A DNA stretch of 64,000 nucleotides from Planctomycetota bacterium (GTDB lineage Bacteria; Planctomycetota; UBA1135; UBA2386), in contig JBKAGP010000001.1 in NCBI GenBank assembly GCA_046290465.1, forward strand, positions 3,520,001 to 3,584,000. The letters run 5' to 3'. The notes under the pieces were generated by a model. The model was not told where the DNA came from. It did no database searches and saw only the letters and a program-made list of their open reading frames with translations. Every line of letters begins with the position of its first letter. Position 1 is the first letter of the stretch. Positions 38,715 through 48,480 of the stretch are shown here, piece by piece. Made by a program: the position numbers and the translations under genes.

Positions 38715-39761
38715 ATGTTCTTCTCGGGTTCGGCAGAAGGTCCGACGGCAAGGCTCGAACTGGGCTACGCAGGCGGCGCGGGTGTACCAGATCCGCACCT
38801 GTCGGTGGACGGCATGACGCCTGCCGGGCCCAACCTGTCGCACTGGCCGGGGAACCGCACGCCGCCGCAGTGGAAGGCCGACCTCAGCACCGGCATCGCG
38901 CTGCGGTTCGCGCGCGCGCCGGCCGCGGAGCAGCAGGCGTTCCTGGGCGACGCGCTGCACGTCGTCAACGACCACTACGACACCGACGGGTTCGGCTCGC
39001 TGCTGGCGGTGCTGCGGCCGGACCTCGCGTTCCGCTGCGAGGACCGGTTGATCTCGGCGGCGACGGTCGGCGACTTCGGGCTGTGGCACACCTGGCGCGG
39101 CTTCGCGATCGACCGCATCGTCAAGAACCTGATGCGATCCGATTCCCCGGTGCGCGGTGCGTTCCACGGCGTCGAGGGCGACGACCAATTGGCATTGGCG
39201 CGCTACCGCTGGCTGCTCGACAACGCCGAGTCGGTCGTCGAGCACACCGGTGGCTACCGCGTGCTGTACGAGGAGGAGATGGCGCAGGTGCAGCAGGAGA
39301 TCGACCGCGGCCTGCGCGGGGCGCTCGACGTTCGCCTCGATCGAGAACGCGGATTCAGCACCGTCACGACCGCCGGCCCGCGGCACCGGATGACGCTCAA
39401 CACGCTGGCCGGCGCGTGGCGCGTGCTGCACGTGATCGAAGGCGATGACGGCCCGCGCTACCGCTACCACGACCGCACCGAGAGCTGGTTCGAACTGGTC
39501 ACGTTCCACGCCCCGCCGCGGCGCGACCTGCGACCGCTGTGCCAACGGCTGCGCGCACTCGAGCCCGAGCGCGACGGCGCGTCGTGGAACGCCGATCCGC
39601 CCGACACGCCGATCCCGGAGCTCTACTTCGGCGTGCCGTCGGCGCAGGAATACGGCGAGATCACGCGCGAGCTGCGGCCGAGCCGACTGACCCCGGAGCA
39701 GGTCCGCGGCGCGTTCGTCGGCTTCTTCGACGAACCGGCCCGTGGCGGCCGCGCGCCCTAG
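38715..39761 (+). CDS. DUF6687-like protein (possible DHH-related hydrolase)
   Basis: SVDG, LSHWPGNRTP, KADLST, NDHYDTDG, GDF motifs. Confidence 0.65.
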   Translation: MFFSGSAEGPTARLELGYAGGAGVPDPHLSVDGMTPAGPNLSHWPGNRTPPQWKADLSTGIALRFARAPAAEQQAFLGDALHVVNDHYDTDGFGSLLAVLRPDLAFRCEDRLISAATVGDFGLWHTWRGFAIDRIVKNLMRSDSPVRGAFHGVEGDDQLALARYRWLLDNAESVVEHTGGYRVLYEEEMAQVQQEIDRGLRGALDVRLDRERGFSTVTTAGPRHRMTLNTLAGAWRVLHVIEGDDGPRYRYHDRTESWFELVTFHAPPRRDLRPLCQRLRALEPERDGASWNADPPDTPIPELYFGVPSAQEYGEITRELRPSRLTPEQVRGAFVGFFDEPARGGRAP

Positions 39762-39792
39762 AAACGCTGCGGCGCGCCGTCATGATCGATGC

Positions 39793-40758
39793 ATGGCCTG
39801 GTCGCTGCGCACGTTCCTGATCGCCCTCGGCACGCTGGCCGCGTGCGGGCCGCAACCGGTGACCACCGACGACGCGGGCCGCATGCACGTCGCGGCGGTG
39901 TGTGCGCCCGAGGCCCTGACGGCGACCCTGCAGCAGCACGACGAAGCGACGCTGGTGGTCGCGCTCGACGTTGGGGGCGCCGACGTGCTGGCCTCGGTCC
40001 GTGCCGCCGGCCGCGCGCAGCAGCCGTTCGTGGTGGCGGTCGGCCCGTATCGCGAGGGCATGCCGCTGCCGGACGCGCTGGTCGCCGAGGCGACCGGCGC
40101 CGACGTCGCGATCGACCTCGCGCTGCTGGCGTGCACCGGCATCCCGACCAAGAACACCCGCTACGAGGTCGGCACGCGCACCTGGACCGAGGCCAACCGC
40201 CGGGCCGGCGGCACCGCGACGCTGGCGCCGGCCGACCCGATCCTGGCGATGCTGCGCGCGCAGCACGCCCAGCGGCTGACCACCAGTCCCGCTACCGACG
40301 AAGTGCACCGCATCGCGTTCGTGCTGCCGGGGGACGCTGCGCCGTGGCAGCGCGCCGCGCTCGCCGAGGCCGAAGCGGCCGCCGCGCGCTACCCGCAGCT
40401 GGACCTGGCCGTCGCCAGCGATGCCGAGACCGCCGTCCAGGGCCAGCCGCGCCTGCTGATCCTGGCGACGCACGATGCCGCCGAGACCGCGGCTGTGCGG
40501 CAGGCCGCCGGGAGCCTGCCCGACGGGCCGCGCCCGGTGATCGTGCTCGACCCGCTGCTCGACGATCGACACGACACCTGCCGCATCGGCTGCTCGCCGC
40601 GCACGCTCGCACAGGCCGCGGCCGTGCAGGTGCGCGCGCTGCTGCCCGACGGCGGCAACCTGGTCGTGTGCGTGCGCAAGGGCGGCACCGCGACGACCTC
40701 GATGCGGCTCGACGCGTTCGCCGAAGCGATGGGCTTCGACCCGGCGGCCCTGCGTTGA
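39793..40758 (+). CDS. Lipoprotein, degenerate periplasmic sugar-binding-like fold
   Basis: Lipobox LAAC; AEAAARYP.L, PVIVLD, IGC....A...A pattern. Confidence 0.55.
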   Translation: MAWSLRTFLIALGTLAACGPQPVTTDDAGRMHVAAVCAPEALTATLQQHDEATLVVALDVGGADVLASVRAAGRAQQPFVVAVGPYREGMPLPDALVAEATGADVAIDLALLACTGIPTKNTRYEVGTRTWTEANRRAGGTATLAPADPILAMLRAQHAQRLTTSPATDEVHRIAFVLPGDAAPWQRAALAEAEAAAARYPQLDLAVASDAETAVQGQPRLLILATHDAAETAAVRQAAGSLPDGPRPVIVLDPLLDDRHDTCRIGCSPRTLAQAAAVQVRALLPDGGNLVVCVRKGGTATTSMRLDAFAEAMGFDPAALR

Positions 40759-41639
40759 GCCGGCCCGACCGGCACGTGCCGGCGACCGGCGGCGGCCTGC
40801 ACTACATGGTGCAGGCGGCGTTCTGGTTCGCGGTGATGGCGATGCTCGTCAAGCTGGCGGGCGGCCGCGGCCTGCCGACGATGCAGATCGTGCTGGCGCG
40901 CGCCGTCGTGACGCTGGCGCTGAGCGCGATCGGGCTGGTGCGCGCGCGGCAGCGGCCGTGGGGCACCAACAACGGCCTGCTGGTGCTGCGCGGCGTGTTC
41001 GGCTCCGGCGGCTTCATCTGCTTCTACGCGGCGGTCAACCACCTGCCGCTCGCCGAGGCGACCGTGATCCACCACATCTCGCCGATCCTGACCGCCGTGG
41101 TCGCCGCGCTGTGGATCGGCGAACGGCTCGAAGGGCGCGTGCTGCTCGGCATGGGGCTCGCGTTCGTCGGGGTGCTGCTGATCGCGCAGCCGGGCTCGCT
41201 GTTCGGCGCCGACGACGCGCCGACCGACGTCCCGTGGCCGTTCGTGCTGGTCGGCGTGCTCGGCGCGCTGCTGGCGTCGTTCGCCTACGTGTCGGTGCGC
41301 CAGCTGGGCAGGACCGAGCCGCCGATCCTGGTGGTGTTCTACTTCCCGGCCGTATCGGTGCCGGTCAGCCTGCCGTTCGCGCTCGCCGACTGGGTCTGGC
41401 CGGACGCGTGGGGATGGCTGCTGCTGCTCGGCGTCGGCACGTCGACGCAGATCGCGCAGCTGGCGCTGACCAAGGGCCTCGCGCGCGAACGCGCCGGCCG
41501 CGCGACGTCCGTCGGCTACCTGCAGATCGCGTTCGCGGCGGTGTTCGGGCTGGTGCTGTTCGGGGACGTGCCGGGACCGTGGAGCTGGGCTGGCATGGCG
41601 CTGATCGTCGGCAGCCTGTTCGTCGCGCGACGACGGTAG
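40755..41639 (+). CDS. DMT/EamA family transporter
   Basis: About 10 TM helices; LPLAEATVI, LWIGE, YLQIAFA; TTG start overlaps upstream stop. Confidence 0.9.
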   Translation: MSRPDRHVPATGGGLHYMVQAAFWFAVMAMLVKLAGGRGLPTMQIVLARAVVTLALSAIGLVRARQRPWGTNNGLLVLRGVFGSGGFICFYAAVNHLPLAEATVIHHISPILTAVVAALWIGERLEGRVLLGMGLAFVGVLLIAQPGSLFGADDAPTDVPWPFVLVGVLGALLASFAYVSVRQLGRTEPPILVVFYFPAVSVPVSLPFALADWVWPDAWGWLLLLGVGTSTQIAQLALTKGLARERAGRATSVGYLQIAFAAVFGLVLFGDVPGPWSWAGMALIVGSLFVARRR

Positions 41640-41693
41640 GGCCGGCACCCGACGCGCGGCAGGTTGCCGCGCGGTTCGGCTACGTTGGCTGCC

Positions 41694-44600
41694 ATGGCCC
41701 GCCTCGGCACCCTCGTCGCGCTGGCGCTGCTGCTGCTCGCAGCCGCGTTCTGGCTGTTCGACCGGCAACCGGACGCCCCGATCGGCGGCCCCGACGCCCC
41801 GCCAGGATCCGGCTCCCCGCGAGCCGATCTCGCCGCCGCCGACGCCGACCTGCAGACCGGCAACGAACTCGATACGCTGCGCACCGACGCCGAGGTCGTT
41901 CGCGACGCGCCGGACTACGTCGTGCGCGGCACCGTGGTCGCCGACGAGCGGGCGCCGGACCTCTCGCAGGTGCGGGTGCTCGCCTACGAAGGGCAGCCAC
42001 AGGACGCGTCGGGGATCGTCACCGGCGCGATGGCGACGATGCAGCGCGGTGCGCGCGCGCCGGGATTCGTGCTGAAGGGCGACCCGATCGCCGAGGGCCG
42101 GGTCGCCGCCGACGGCGCGTTCGAACTGCGGACGCGCACGCCGCACCTGCGCGTCACGATCGACCACGACTTCTACCTGCAGCCGGTGCCCGAGGTCGTG
42201 CACGTCAACGCCGACACCCGCCGGCACCACCTCGTGCTGTCGCCGCTGCTCGGCGCCAAGGTCCGCGGCCGCCTGCTCGGCCCGCGCAGCGGCGACGTCG
42301 ACGCCGTCAAGCTGACGCTCGAGCCCGACCCGATGGCGATCCTGCGGGACGCGCGGCTGATGATGGCCGCGATGCTCGCCGCGACGCGGCCCGAGGCGCG
42401 GCCGCGCGACGACGGCACGTTCTCGTTCCGCGCCGTCGCACCCGGCGCGCAGCTCGCGTTCGCGGTCGACGGCAGCGGCGTGTCGGGCCGCACCCAGGAA
42501 CCGGCGCTGCAGGCCGGCGAGGTGCGCGACGTGGTGCTGCCGGTGCAGGACGCGGCGATCCTGATCGTCGAGGTCGTCGACGAACGGGGCGGTCCGCTGG
42601 CCGGGGTGCGCGTGCACGTTCGCCCCGCCGGCGGCGCCGGCATGACCGCGATGCTGCAGGCCCACGCCGAACGTACCGACGAGCGCGGCCACTGCAGGTT
42701 CGATCGCCTGGCGGCCGGCGCCTTCCAGGTCGAGGCCAACGCGCGCGGCCGCACCACCGCCCGCCGCGACCTCGACCTCGAACGGCGCGACGAGCCGCAC
42801 CGGCTGCAGCTGACGCTCGGCGTGGGCGGCGTCGTGACCGGCATCGTGCGCACGCCCGACGGCCGACCGCTGGCCGGCGCGCGGGTCGCGCACCACCCCG
42901 CGGCCGACATCCCGCTGCTCGGCGACCTGACCGACCAGCTCGGCCCCGAATACCTGCGCCAGATCGCGCAGGAGGGCGCCGAGACCGACGAGTCGGGTCA
43001 CTTCCGACTGACCGGCATCTCGGACCAGGATCCGTTCCTGGTGGTCGGCGCGCACGAGGACTTCGGCGCCGGTGTGGCGCGCGAGGTTGCGATCGGCGAC
43101 GAAGACGTGGTGGTCGAGCTGCAGCGGCTGAGCGGCGTGCTCGGCACCGTCACGCGCGCCGACGACCACCAGCCGGTGCCGCGGTTCTCGGTGTCGATCG
43201 TGCGCACGGCGTTCCTGGTCATGAAGATGCCGGTCGCCTCGGACACGTTCGTCACCGCCGACGGCACGTTCTCGCTGCGCGGCATCAGCCCCGGCAGCTA
43301 CACCGTCGAGGTCGAGGCGGACGGCTTCGGGACGTTCGAGAAGGGCATCAAGGTCGTCGAAGGGCAGGACGTCGTCGTCACCGGCATCGAACTGCAGCGC
43401 GCCGCCAGCATCCGCGGGGTGGTGCGCGACGAGCACGGCAACCCGATCGCCAACGCGATGGTGCAGAAGCGCAAGGGCGCGATGGCCGACAACCCGATGC
43501 TGACGATGCTGATGGGCTCGGGTTCGCGCACGTTCAGCGACGCCACCGGTCGGTTCGTGCTCGAACCGGTCAGCCCCGGCAAGCTGCAGCTGCTCGCCAC
43601 CGCGAACGGCTTTGCCAGCGGCCGCAGCGAACGCGTCGCGGTCGCGCCGGGACAGCAGCTCGAAGGCGTCGTGATCGAGCTGGGCCACGGTGGTTCGATC
43701 GACGGCGTGCTGCGCTGGAACGCCCAGCAGAACCCCGAAGACTTCCTGCTGCTGGCACAGCACCAGGTCACGCAGAACACCGCCACCGCCGAGCTGCGGC
43801 CTGACGGCACCTTCCGGATCGACAACCTGGACCCCGGCTCCTACCAGGTGCAGGCGATGCCGGCCGCGCTGATGAGCGGCTTCCAGGGACACGACTGGCG
43901 CCCGGGCGAAGGCCTCGACATCGGCGAGATGATGAAGCAGGTCACCGACAACGTCGTCTCGCAGCGCTGCCGGGTGCGCGCCGACGAGACCGCCAAGGTC
44001 GAACTCGACGTCCGTGACCTGGCGATCGGCGCGCAGTGGATCGTGCACGTCGACGTCGCCGGCGAGCCGCAGGCCGCCGGCATGGTCGAGGCGACGTCGC
44101 TCGAGACCGGCGCGCTGCGCGTCGCGATGATCGAGCACGGCACCGCGATCTTCGGTCGTGTGCACCCGGGCCGCCACCGCATGCAGGTGCGCTCCGGCCT
44201 GACGATGACGCCGGTCGGTGCGCCGCAGGACCTCGAGTTCCCCGCGGGCGCCGACGAGCACACATCGACGTTGTCGCTGCCCGGCGGCGAGCTGCGCGGC
44301 CGCGTCGTCGACGACCGCACCGGCGAGCCGCTGGCGCGCGCGATCGTGCGGCTGCACCACGACGGCCACGGCGAACGCGACGACCCGATCGGCATGTGCC
44401 TGACCGATGCCGACGGCGGCTTCCGGTTCACGGGGCTGACCGACGGCAGCTACAGCCTGGTGGCCGCCGAGCCGCTGCTGGGTGCCGGCCAGAACACCGC
44501 GTCGCGCCGTTCGGGCATCGAGGTCCGCACCGGCACCAGCCGCGATCCGGTCGAACTGCGTTCGCGGCCCGCGGCGGGCGCGACGGTGCAGGTCACGACC

Positions 44601-45098
44601 GCGGACGGCCGGCCGATCCGCGGCGCGACCGTGCTGTGCGTCGACGACGAAGGCCGTCCGCTCGGCAACCTCGGCGTCGCCGCGACCGGCCCCGACGGCA
44701 CCGCGTCGTTCGGCGGCATGGCCGACGGTCCGGCCCGCGTCGTCGGCAGAGCGCCCGGCTACGCGCCCGGGGCGACCCTGGTGCAGACGCTGTCGGCTGA
44801 GGCCAACACGCGCTTCGAACTGCGGCTCGGCGACGGTGCTCCGACCCGCATCTCGGTCGTCGACGGACTCGGCAAGCGGCTGCGCGGCGCGACCGTCACG
44901 GCGCGCGTCGGCGACCACCCGTGGCTGCCGCCGATGCTGCTGGTGCAGGCGATCGGGCCCGACGGCACCATCGACGTCGGCGAGCTCGGCCCGGGCCGCT
45001 GGAGCTTCCGCGTCCACCATCCGTCGGTCGGCACGATCACCCGCGAACGCACGATTTCGGGGACGGCGCCGGTGACCATCGTCGTCAGCAAGCCCTGA
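41694..45098 (+). CDS. Membrane-anchored protein with multiple carboxypeptidase-regulatory-like repeats
   Basis: N-terminal TM; repeated G.V.D..G.PL.GA.V...TD..G.F....L..G.Y units. Confidence 0.85.
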   Translation: MARLGTLVALALLLLAAAFWLFDRQPDAPIGGPDAPPGSGSPRADLAAADADLQTGNELDTLRTDAEVVRDAPDYVVRGTVVADERAPDLSQVRVLAYEGQPQDASGIVTGAMATMQRGARAPGFVLKGDPIAEGRVAADGAFELRTRTPHLRVTIDHDFYLQPVPEVVHVNADTRRHHLVLSPLLGAKVRGRLLGPRSGDVDAVKLTLEPDPMAILRDARLMMAAMLAATRPEARPRDDGTFSFRAVAPGAQLAFAVDGSGVSGRTQEPALQAGEVRDVVLPVQDAAILIVEVVDERGGPLAGVRVHVRPAGGAGMTAMLQAHAERTDERGHCRFDRLAAGAFQVEANARGRTTARRDLDLERRDEPHRLQLTLGVGGVVTGIVRTPDGRPLAGARVAHHPAADIPLLGDLTDQLGPEYLRQIAQEGAETDESGHFRLTGISDQDPFLVVGAHEDFGAGVAREVAIGDEDVVVELQRLSGVLGTVTRADDHQPVPRFSVSIVRTAFLVMKMPVASDTFVTADGTFSLRGISPGSYTVEVEADGFGTFEKGIKVVEGQDVVVTGIELQRAASIRGVVRDEHGNPIANAMVQKRKGAMADNPMLTMLMGSGSRTFSDATGRFVLEPVSPGKLQLLATANGFASGRSERVAVAPGQQLEGVVIELGHGGSIDGVLRWNAQQNPEDFLLLAQHQVTQNTATAELRPDGTFRIDNLDPGSYQVQAMPAALMSGFQGHDWRPGEGLDIGEMMKQVTDNVVSQRCRVRADETAKVELDVRDLAIGAQWIVHVDVAGEPQAAGMVEATSLETGALRVAMIEHGTAIFGRVHPGRHRMQVRSGLTMTPVGAPQDLEFPAGADEHTSTLSLPGGELRGRVVDDRTGEPLARAIVRLHHDGHGERDDPIGMCLTDADGGFRFTGLTDGSYSLVAAEPLLGAGQNTASRRSGIEVRTGTSRDPVELRSRPAAGATVQVTTADGRPIRGATVLCVDDEGRPLGNLGVAATGPDGTASFGGMADGPARVVGRAPGYAPGATLVQTLSAEANTRFELRLGDGAPTRISVVDGLGKRLRGATVTARVGDHPWLPPMLLVQAIGPDGTIDVGELGPGRWSFRVHHPSVGTITRERTISGTAPVTIVVSKP

Positions 45099-45147
45099 CG
45101 GGATCGCGTTGCCGGCCGGGTTCGCGTACCGTTCCTGCCCGCAGTTC

Positions 45148-46041
45148 ATGGCTGATCGTTCGTCGTTGCAGTTCTGGGTCGGCCGCTTCCTGCTCGGCGT
45201 CGGCATCCTGGTCGCCGCCGGCCTCGGCTTCGTGCCGCGCGTGCTGCACCTCAAGGACCCGCTCGGCCTCGCCACCGTCGCGCTCGGCTTCGTCGGCTTC
45301 TACATCGCGCTGGCCGCGGTCGCGCCGATGGCGCGCATCCGCAGCTACCGTTCGCGCACCCGCAAGGCCTGGAACGACGCCGCCCGCACCGCCTGGGACC
45401 GCGCCTCGCTGCCGCGCCGCATCTACTACCTGCTGTTCGCGGTCGCGCAGGCCGACGGCCCGATCACGCAGAGCGAACGCGACATCGTACGCACGTTCCT
45501 GCTGCCGCGGTTTCCGATCGAGGACCACGAGATCCGCACCTGGGAGCGGCAGCCGCTGCAGGTCAACGACCGCGTCGGCCTCGCCGCGCGCATCGCGGTC
45601 GGCCTCGACGAGGCCGAGCTCGACACGCTGTTCTGCTGGTGCGCGATGGTCGCGTTCGCCGACGGCCGCTTCCGACCGGACGAGCACGAGGCGCTGCACG
45701 AGATCGCGCGCGGCCTCGACATCCCGCCGCCGCGCGCGCGCATGCTGTTCCACCTGGCGCGGGCGCAGTTCCTGGCCGGATCGCATCGCGACGACGGCCG
45801 GGGTCGGCAGCGCAGCCAGCCGCAGGACGCCTCGCCGCCCAACGCGCGCATCGACGCACTCGCCGTGCTCGGCCTGCCGGTGCACGCGTCCGAGGACCAG
45901 ATCCGCAAGCGCCACCGCGAATTGGTGCGCAAGTTCCACCCGGACGCGCAGCCCAACCTCGGCGAGGCCGCGCAACAGGAGGCGACCGAGCGCTTCACGG
46001 CCATCCAGCGCGCCTACGAAGTGCTGACCAAGCCGGCCTGA
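45148..46041 (+). CDS. DjlA-like co-chaperone (TM + TerB-like + J domain)
   Basis: AVAQADG, AFADG...E; C-terminal J domain with KFHPD. Confidence 0.85.
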   Translation: MADRSSLQFWVGRFLLGVGILVAAGLGFVPRVLHLKDPLGLATVALGFVGFYIALAAVAPMARIRSYRSRTRKAWNDAARTAWDRASLPRRIYYLLFAVAQADGPITQSERDIVRTFLLPRFPIEDHEIRTWERQPLQVNDRVGLAARIAVGLDEAELDTLFCWCAMVAFADGRFRPDEHEALHEIARGLDIPPPRARMLFHLARAQFLAGSHRDDGRGRQRSQPQDASPPNARIDALAVLGLPVHASEDQIRKRHRELVRKFHPDAQPNLGEAAQQEATERFTAIQRAYEVLTKPA

Positions 46042-46059
46042 CCCGGCTACGCTGCGGCC

Positions 46060-46467
46060 ATGGTCACGATCCAAGCCACCTACGAGGGCGACCTCTGCTG
46101 CACCGCCGTGCACGGTCCGTCCGAGCACACCATCCAGACCGACGCGCCCAAGGACAACATGGGCCTCGGCCGCTACTTCTCCCCCACCGACCTGGTGGCG
46201 ACCGCGCTTGCGACCTGCATCCTGACCACGCTCGGCATCGTCGCGAAGCGGCGCGAGATCGACCTGAAGGGTGCCAGGGCCACGGTCGAAAAGCACATGA
46301 ACGCCGACCCGCGGCGGATCGGCCGGCTGCCCGTCGAACTGACGATCGAGGGCAGCTACAGCGACGAACAGAAGACCGTGCTCGAACGCGCCGCCAACAC
46401 CTGCCCGGTGCACAAGAGTCTGCACCCGGACATCGACGCGACGATCACGTTCTGCTGGCTGGGCTGA
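46060..46467 (+). CDS. OsmC family protein
   Basis: TDAPKDN.G.G..FSPTDL.ATALATC, CPVHKSL. Confidence 0.92.
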   Translation: MVTIQATYEGDLCCTAVHGPSEHTIQTDAPKDNMGLGRYFSPTDLVATALATCILTTLGIVAKRREIDLKGARATVEKHMNADPRRIGRLPVELTIEGSYSDEQKTVLERAANTCPVHKSLHPDIDATITFCWLG

Positions 46468-46479
46468 GCGGAACGTCGC

Positions 46480-47031
46480 TCACTCGCTGGCGGCCTTCAC
46501 GCTGGCGGCCTGCACGCTGGCGGCCTGCACGCTGGCGGCCCGCACCGTCGCCGGGGCGTCGGTGACGTAGTAGACGTCGGGCCAGCTCAGCAGCCCCCAC
46601 AGCAGGCTCGCCTCGGTCTCGACGCGCCAGCCCGAAGGCACCTTGACGTCGTTGCGCTTGCGCTGCCACAAGCCCCACGCGGCGTGGGTCTGCTGCTCGC
46701 GTTCGTAGAGTTCCTTGCCCTGGCCGTAGTGGAACTTCTCGACGTCGCCGGCGAAGAACAGCGGCCCGTAGGCGTCGAAGTCGGTATAGGAGGTGCCGGC
46801 AGCAAGGTGCGGCTTCGATGGCCCGTAGATCTCGCCCTGCAGGTTGAGCAGCGGGATCCAGGTGAAGGCGCCGACCGAGTCGTCCTGGTCGGGATCGTCG
46901 GCGCGCGCCTTCTCGAGCGCGGCCAGGTCGGGCAGGCCGTCGCGCTGCGGCCAGGCGTCGTCGTAGGTGGAACAGGCGGACAGGAACAGCGCGGCGATCC
47001 CGCCCGCGCACGGCAGCAGACTAGCTCTCAT
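46480..47031 (-). CDS. Hypothetical lipoprotein with C-terminal (VQAAS)n repeat
   Basis: Lipobox FLSAC. Confidence 0.65.
   Translation of the reverse strand: MRASLLPCAGGIAALFLSACSTYDDAWPQRDGLPDLAALEKARADDPDQDDSVGAFTWIPLLNLQGEIYGPSKPHLAAGTSYTDFDAYGPLFFAGDVEKFHYGQGKELYEREQQTHAAWGLWQRKRNDVKVPSGWRVETEASLLWGLLSWPDVYYVTDAPATVRAASVQAASVQAASVKAASE
46485..46545. repeat. 15-bp tandem repeat, 4 copies
   Basis: CGCTGGCGGCC at 46485, 46500, 46515, 46530. Confidence 0.9.
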
Positions 47032-47095
47032 CTGGGTGTCTCTCATCGGACGGCGCCGCCGAGCGCACGTCGCCGGACCGTGTTGCCGGCAGCGA

Positions 47096-47416
47096 CTAGA
47101 AAGACGACTCGCTGGTGTTGGTCGCGAACGGGTCGTGCAGGTTTCGATACGGCTCGTCGACCTCGCGCGTCAGACAGTTGATGTCGCTGATGATGCCGGT
47201 CACCAGCCCGCCGACCGCACCGACCGCCGAGATCACGACGAGGCCGCACAGCGCGCCGCGCGCGTCGCAGCCGCAGGTGGTGCTGTTGCCGAGCACGTAG
47301 ATCGGCGCGGTGACGGCGCAGACCACCGGCTTGGCCAGCGTGCACGAGGACGACGAGAACGCCACGCCACCGACCAGCACGGCCGGGAGCAGGCGACGGA
47401 GCAGTCGAGGTGGCAT
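47096..47416 (-). CDS. Small Cys-rich membrane/lipoprotein
   Basis: Signal-like N-terminus SSSSC; 6 Cys; Gly-rich hydrophobic helix. Confidence 0.6.
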   Translation of the reverse strand: MPPRLLRRLLPAVLVGGVAFSSSSCTLAKPVVCAVTAPIYVLGNSTTCGCDARGALCGLVVISAVGAVGGLVTGIISDINCLTREVDEPYRNLHDPFATNTSESSF

Positions 47417-47452
47417 GGCGGCGCAGAGCGCACCGCGACCCGGGCCGTGGCG

Positions 47453-47821
47453 TCAGCGGCGGAATCTGACCCGGATCGGACCGCGGGCGGTGCTCGGGTC
47501 GACCATCCGGCCGCGCTGCGTGATCTCGACGGCACCGGCGTCCACGAGCCGCCGGGCCGCCATCCGGGCGCGCTCCATCAGCGGTCGCCAGTCCTCGGCG
47601 ACCGCCCGCGCCGCCTCGGACGGGCAGATGGTCGCGCCGGCCGCGCGCTGCTCGAGCAGTTCGACGATCTTGCGTTCGAGCGCGGCATCGACGCCGTCCG
47701 GCCGGCTGCGGCGGCAGCGCTCTCCGCAGTAACGGACCTGCTCCCAGCAGCCCGCCCACTTCTTGCGCCAGGCGAACGTCCGGCCGCAGCGGGCGCAGAT
47801 CTTCTCTCGCCGTTCGGGCAC
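47453..47821 (-). CDS. DUF2256 + DUF3253 domain protein
   Basis: KIC..CGR.F.WRKKW...W..VRYC..RCR and TICPSEAAR...WR.LM...ITQ.G...RGPIR; start uncertain. Confidence 0.85.
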   Translation of the reverse strand: MPERREKICARCGRTFAWRKKWAGCWEQVRYCGERCRRSRPDGVDAALERKIVELLEQRAAGATICPSEAARAVAEDWRPLMERARMAARRLVDAGAVEITQRGRMVDPSTARGPIRVRFRR

Positions 47822-47883
47822 GCCGTGCGGTTCGGCCGCGGCCCCCGCCGGGATGCCCGCGCCCAAGAAAAACCGGACCGCCC

Positions 47884-47910
47884 AAAACCCCGTTCGCCGG
47901 CCGTCGTCTT
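47884..47910 (+). promoter_or_regulatory. Putative ECF-sigma autoregulatory promoter
   Basis: AAAC-N16-CGTCT, about 20 bp upstream of the ECF gene ATG. Confidence 0.5.
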
Positions 47911-47928
47911 CACCGGCACGATCGATTC

Positions 47929-48480
47929 ATGAGCACTGCCGAACCGATCCTCGCAGAGCTGTTTCAGGCCCATCGGAGGGGCCTGGCGGGGGCGGTGCGC
48001 AGTGTGCTGGGTCCTTCGGAGGACGTGACCGAAGTGCTGCAGGACGCCTTCCTCAAGTGTTGGCGCGCGTGGCAACATGGCACCCGACCGAACGACCCGG
48101 TGGCATGGATCTTCGTCATCGTCTGGAACGCCGCAACCGACGCGAGGAGACGTCGGCAGCGACGACCCAACCACGAACCACTCGACGAGGAACGAACCGT
48201 GTCCGTCACCGCCAGAACCACCCCTTCGCCGTCACACGCGCTCGAGCAGCGCGAGGCGGTTGCAGAGGCCCAGGCCGCCGTCGCCCGGCTCAACGAGGAC
48301 GACCAGCAGGTGTTCCTGCTGCGCGTCGCCGGCGAGCTCAGCTACGAGGCCGTCGCCGCATCGCTGAGCATCCCCGTCGGCACCGCCAAGACCCGCATGC
48401 GCCGCGCGCTGATGCAGCTGCGCAGCATGCTCGGCGCCAAGGCCACGACCACCAACTTCACCAAGGAGAGCCTGCAATGA
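47929..48480 (+). CDS. ECF RNA polymerase sigma factor
   Basis: EVLQDAFLKCW, AWIF.I..N...D..R (region 2); LSYE.VA..L.IPVGTAKTRM.RA (region 4). Confidence 0.93.
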   Translation: MSTAEPILAELFQAHRRGLAGAVRSVLGPSEDVTEVLQDAFLKCWRAWQHGTRPNDPVAWIFVIVWNAATDARRRRQRRPNHEPLDEERTVSVTARTTPSPSHALEQREAVAEAQAAVARLNEDDQQVFLLRVAGELSYEAVAASLSIPVGTAKTRMRRALMQLRSMLGAKATTTNFTKESLQ

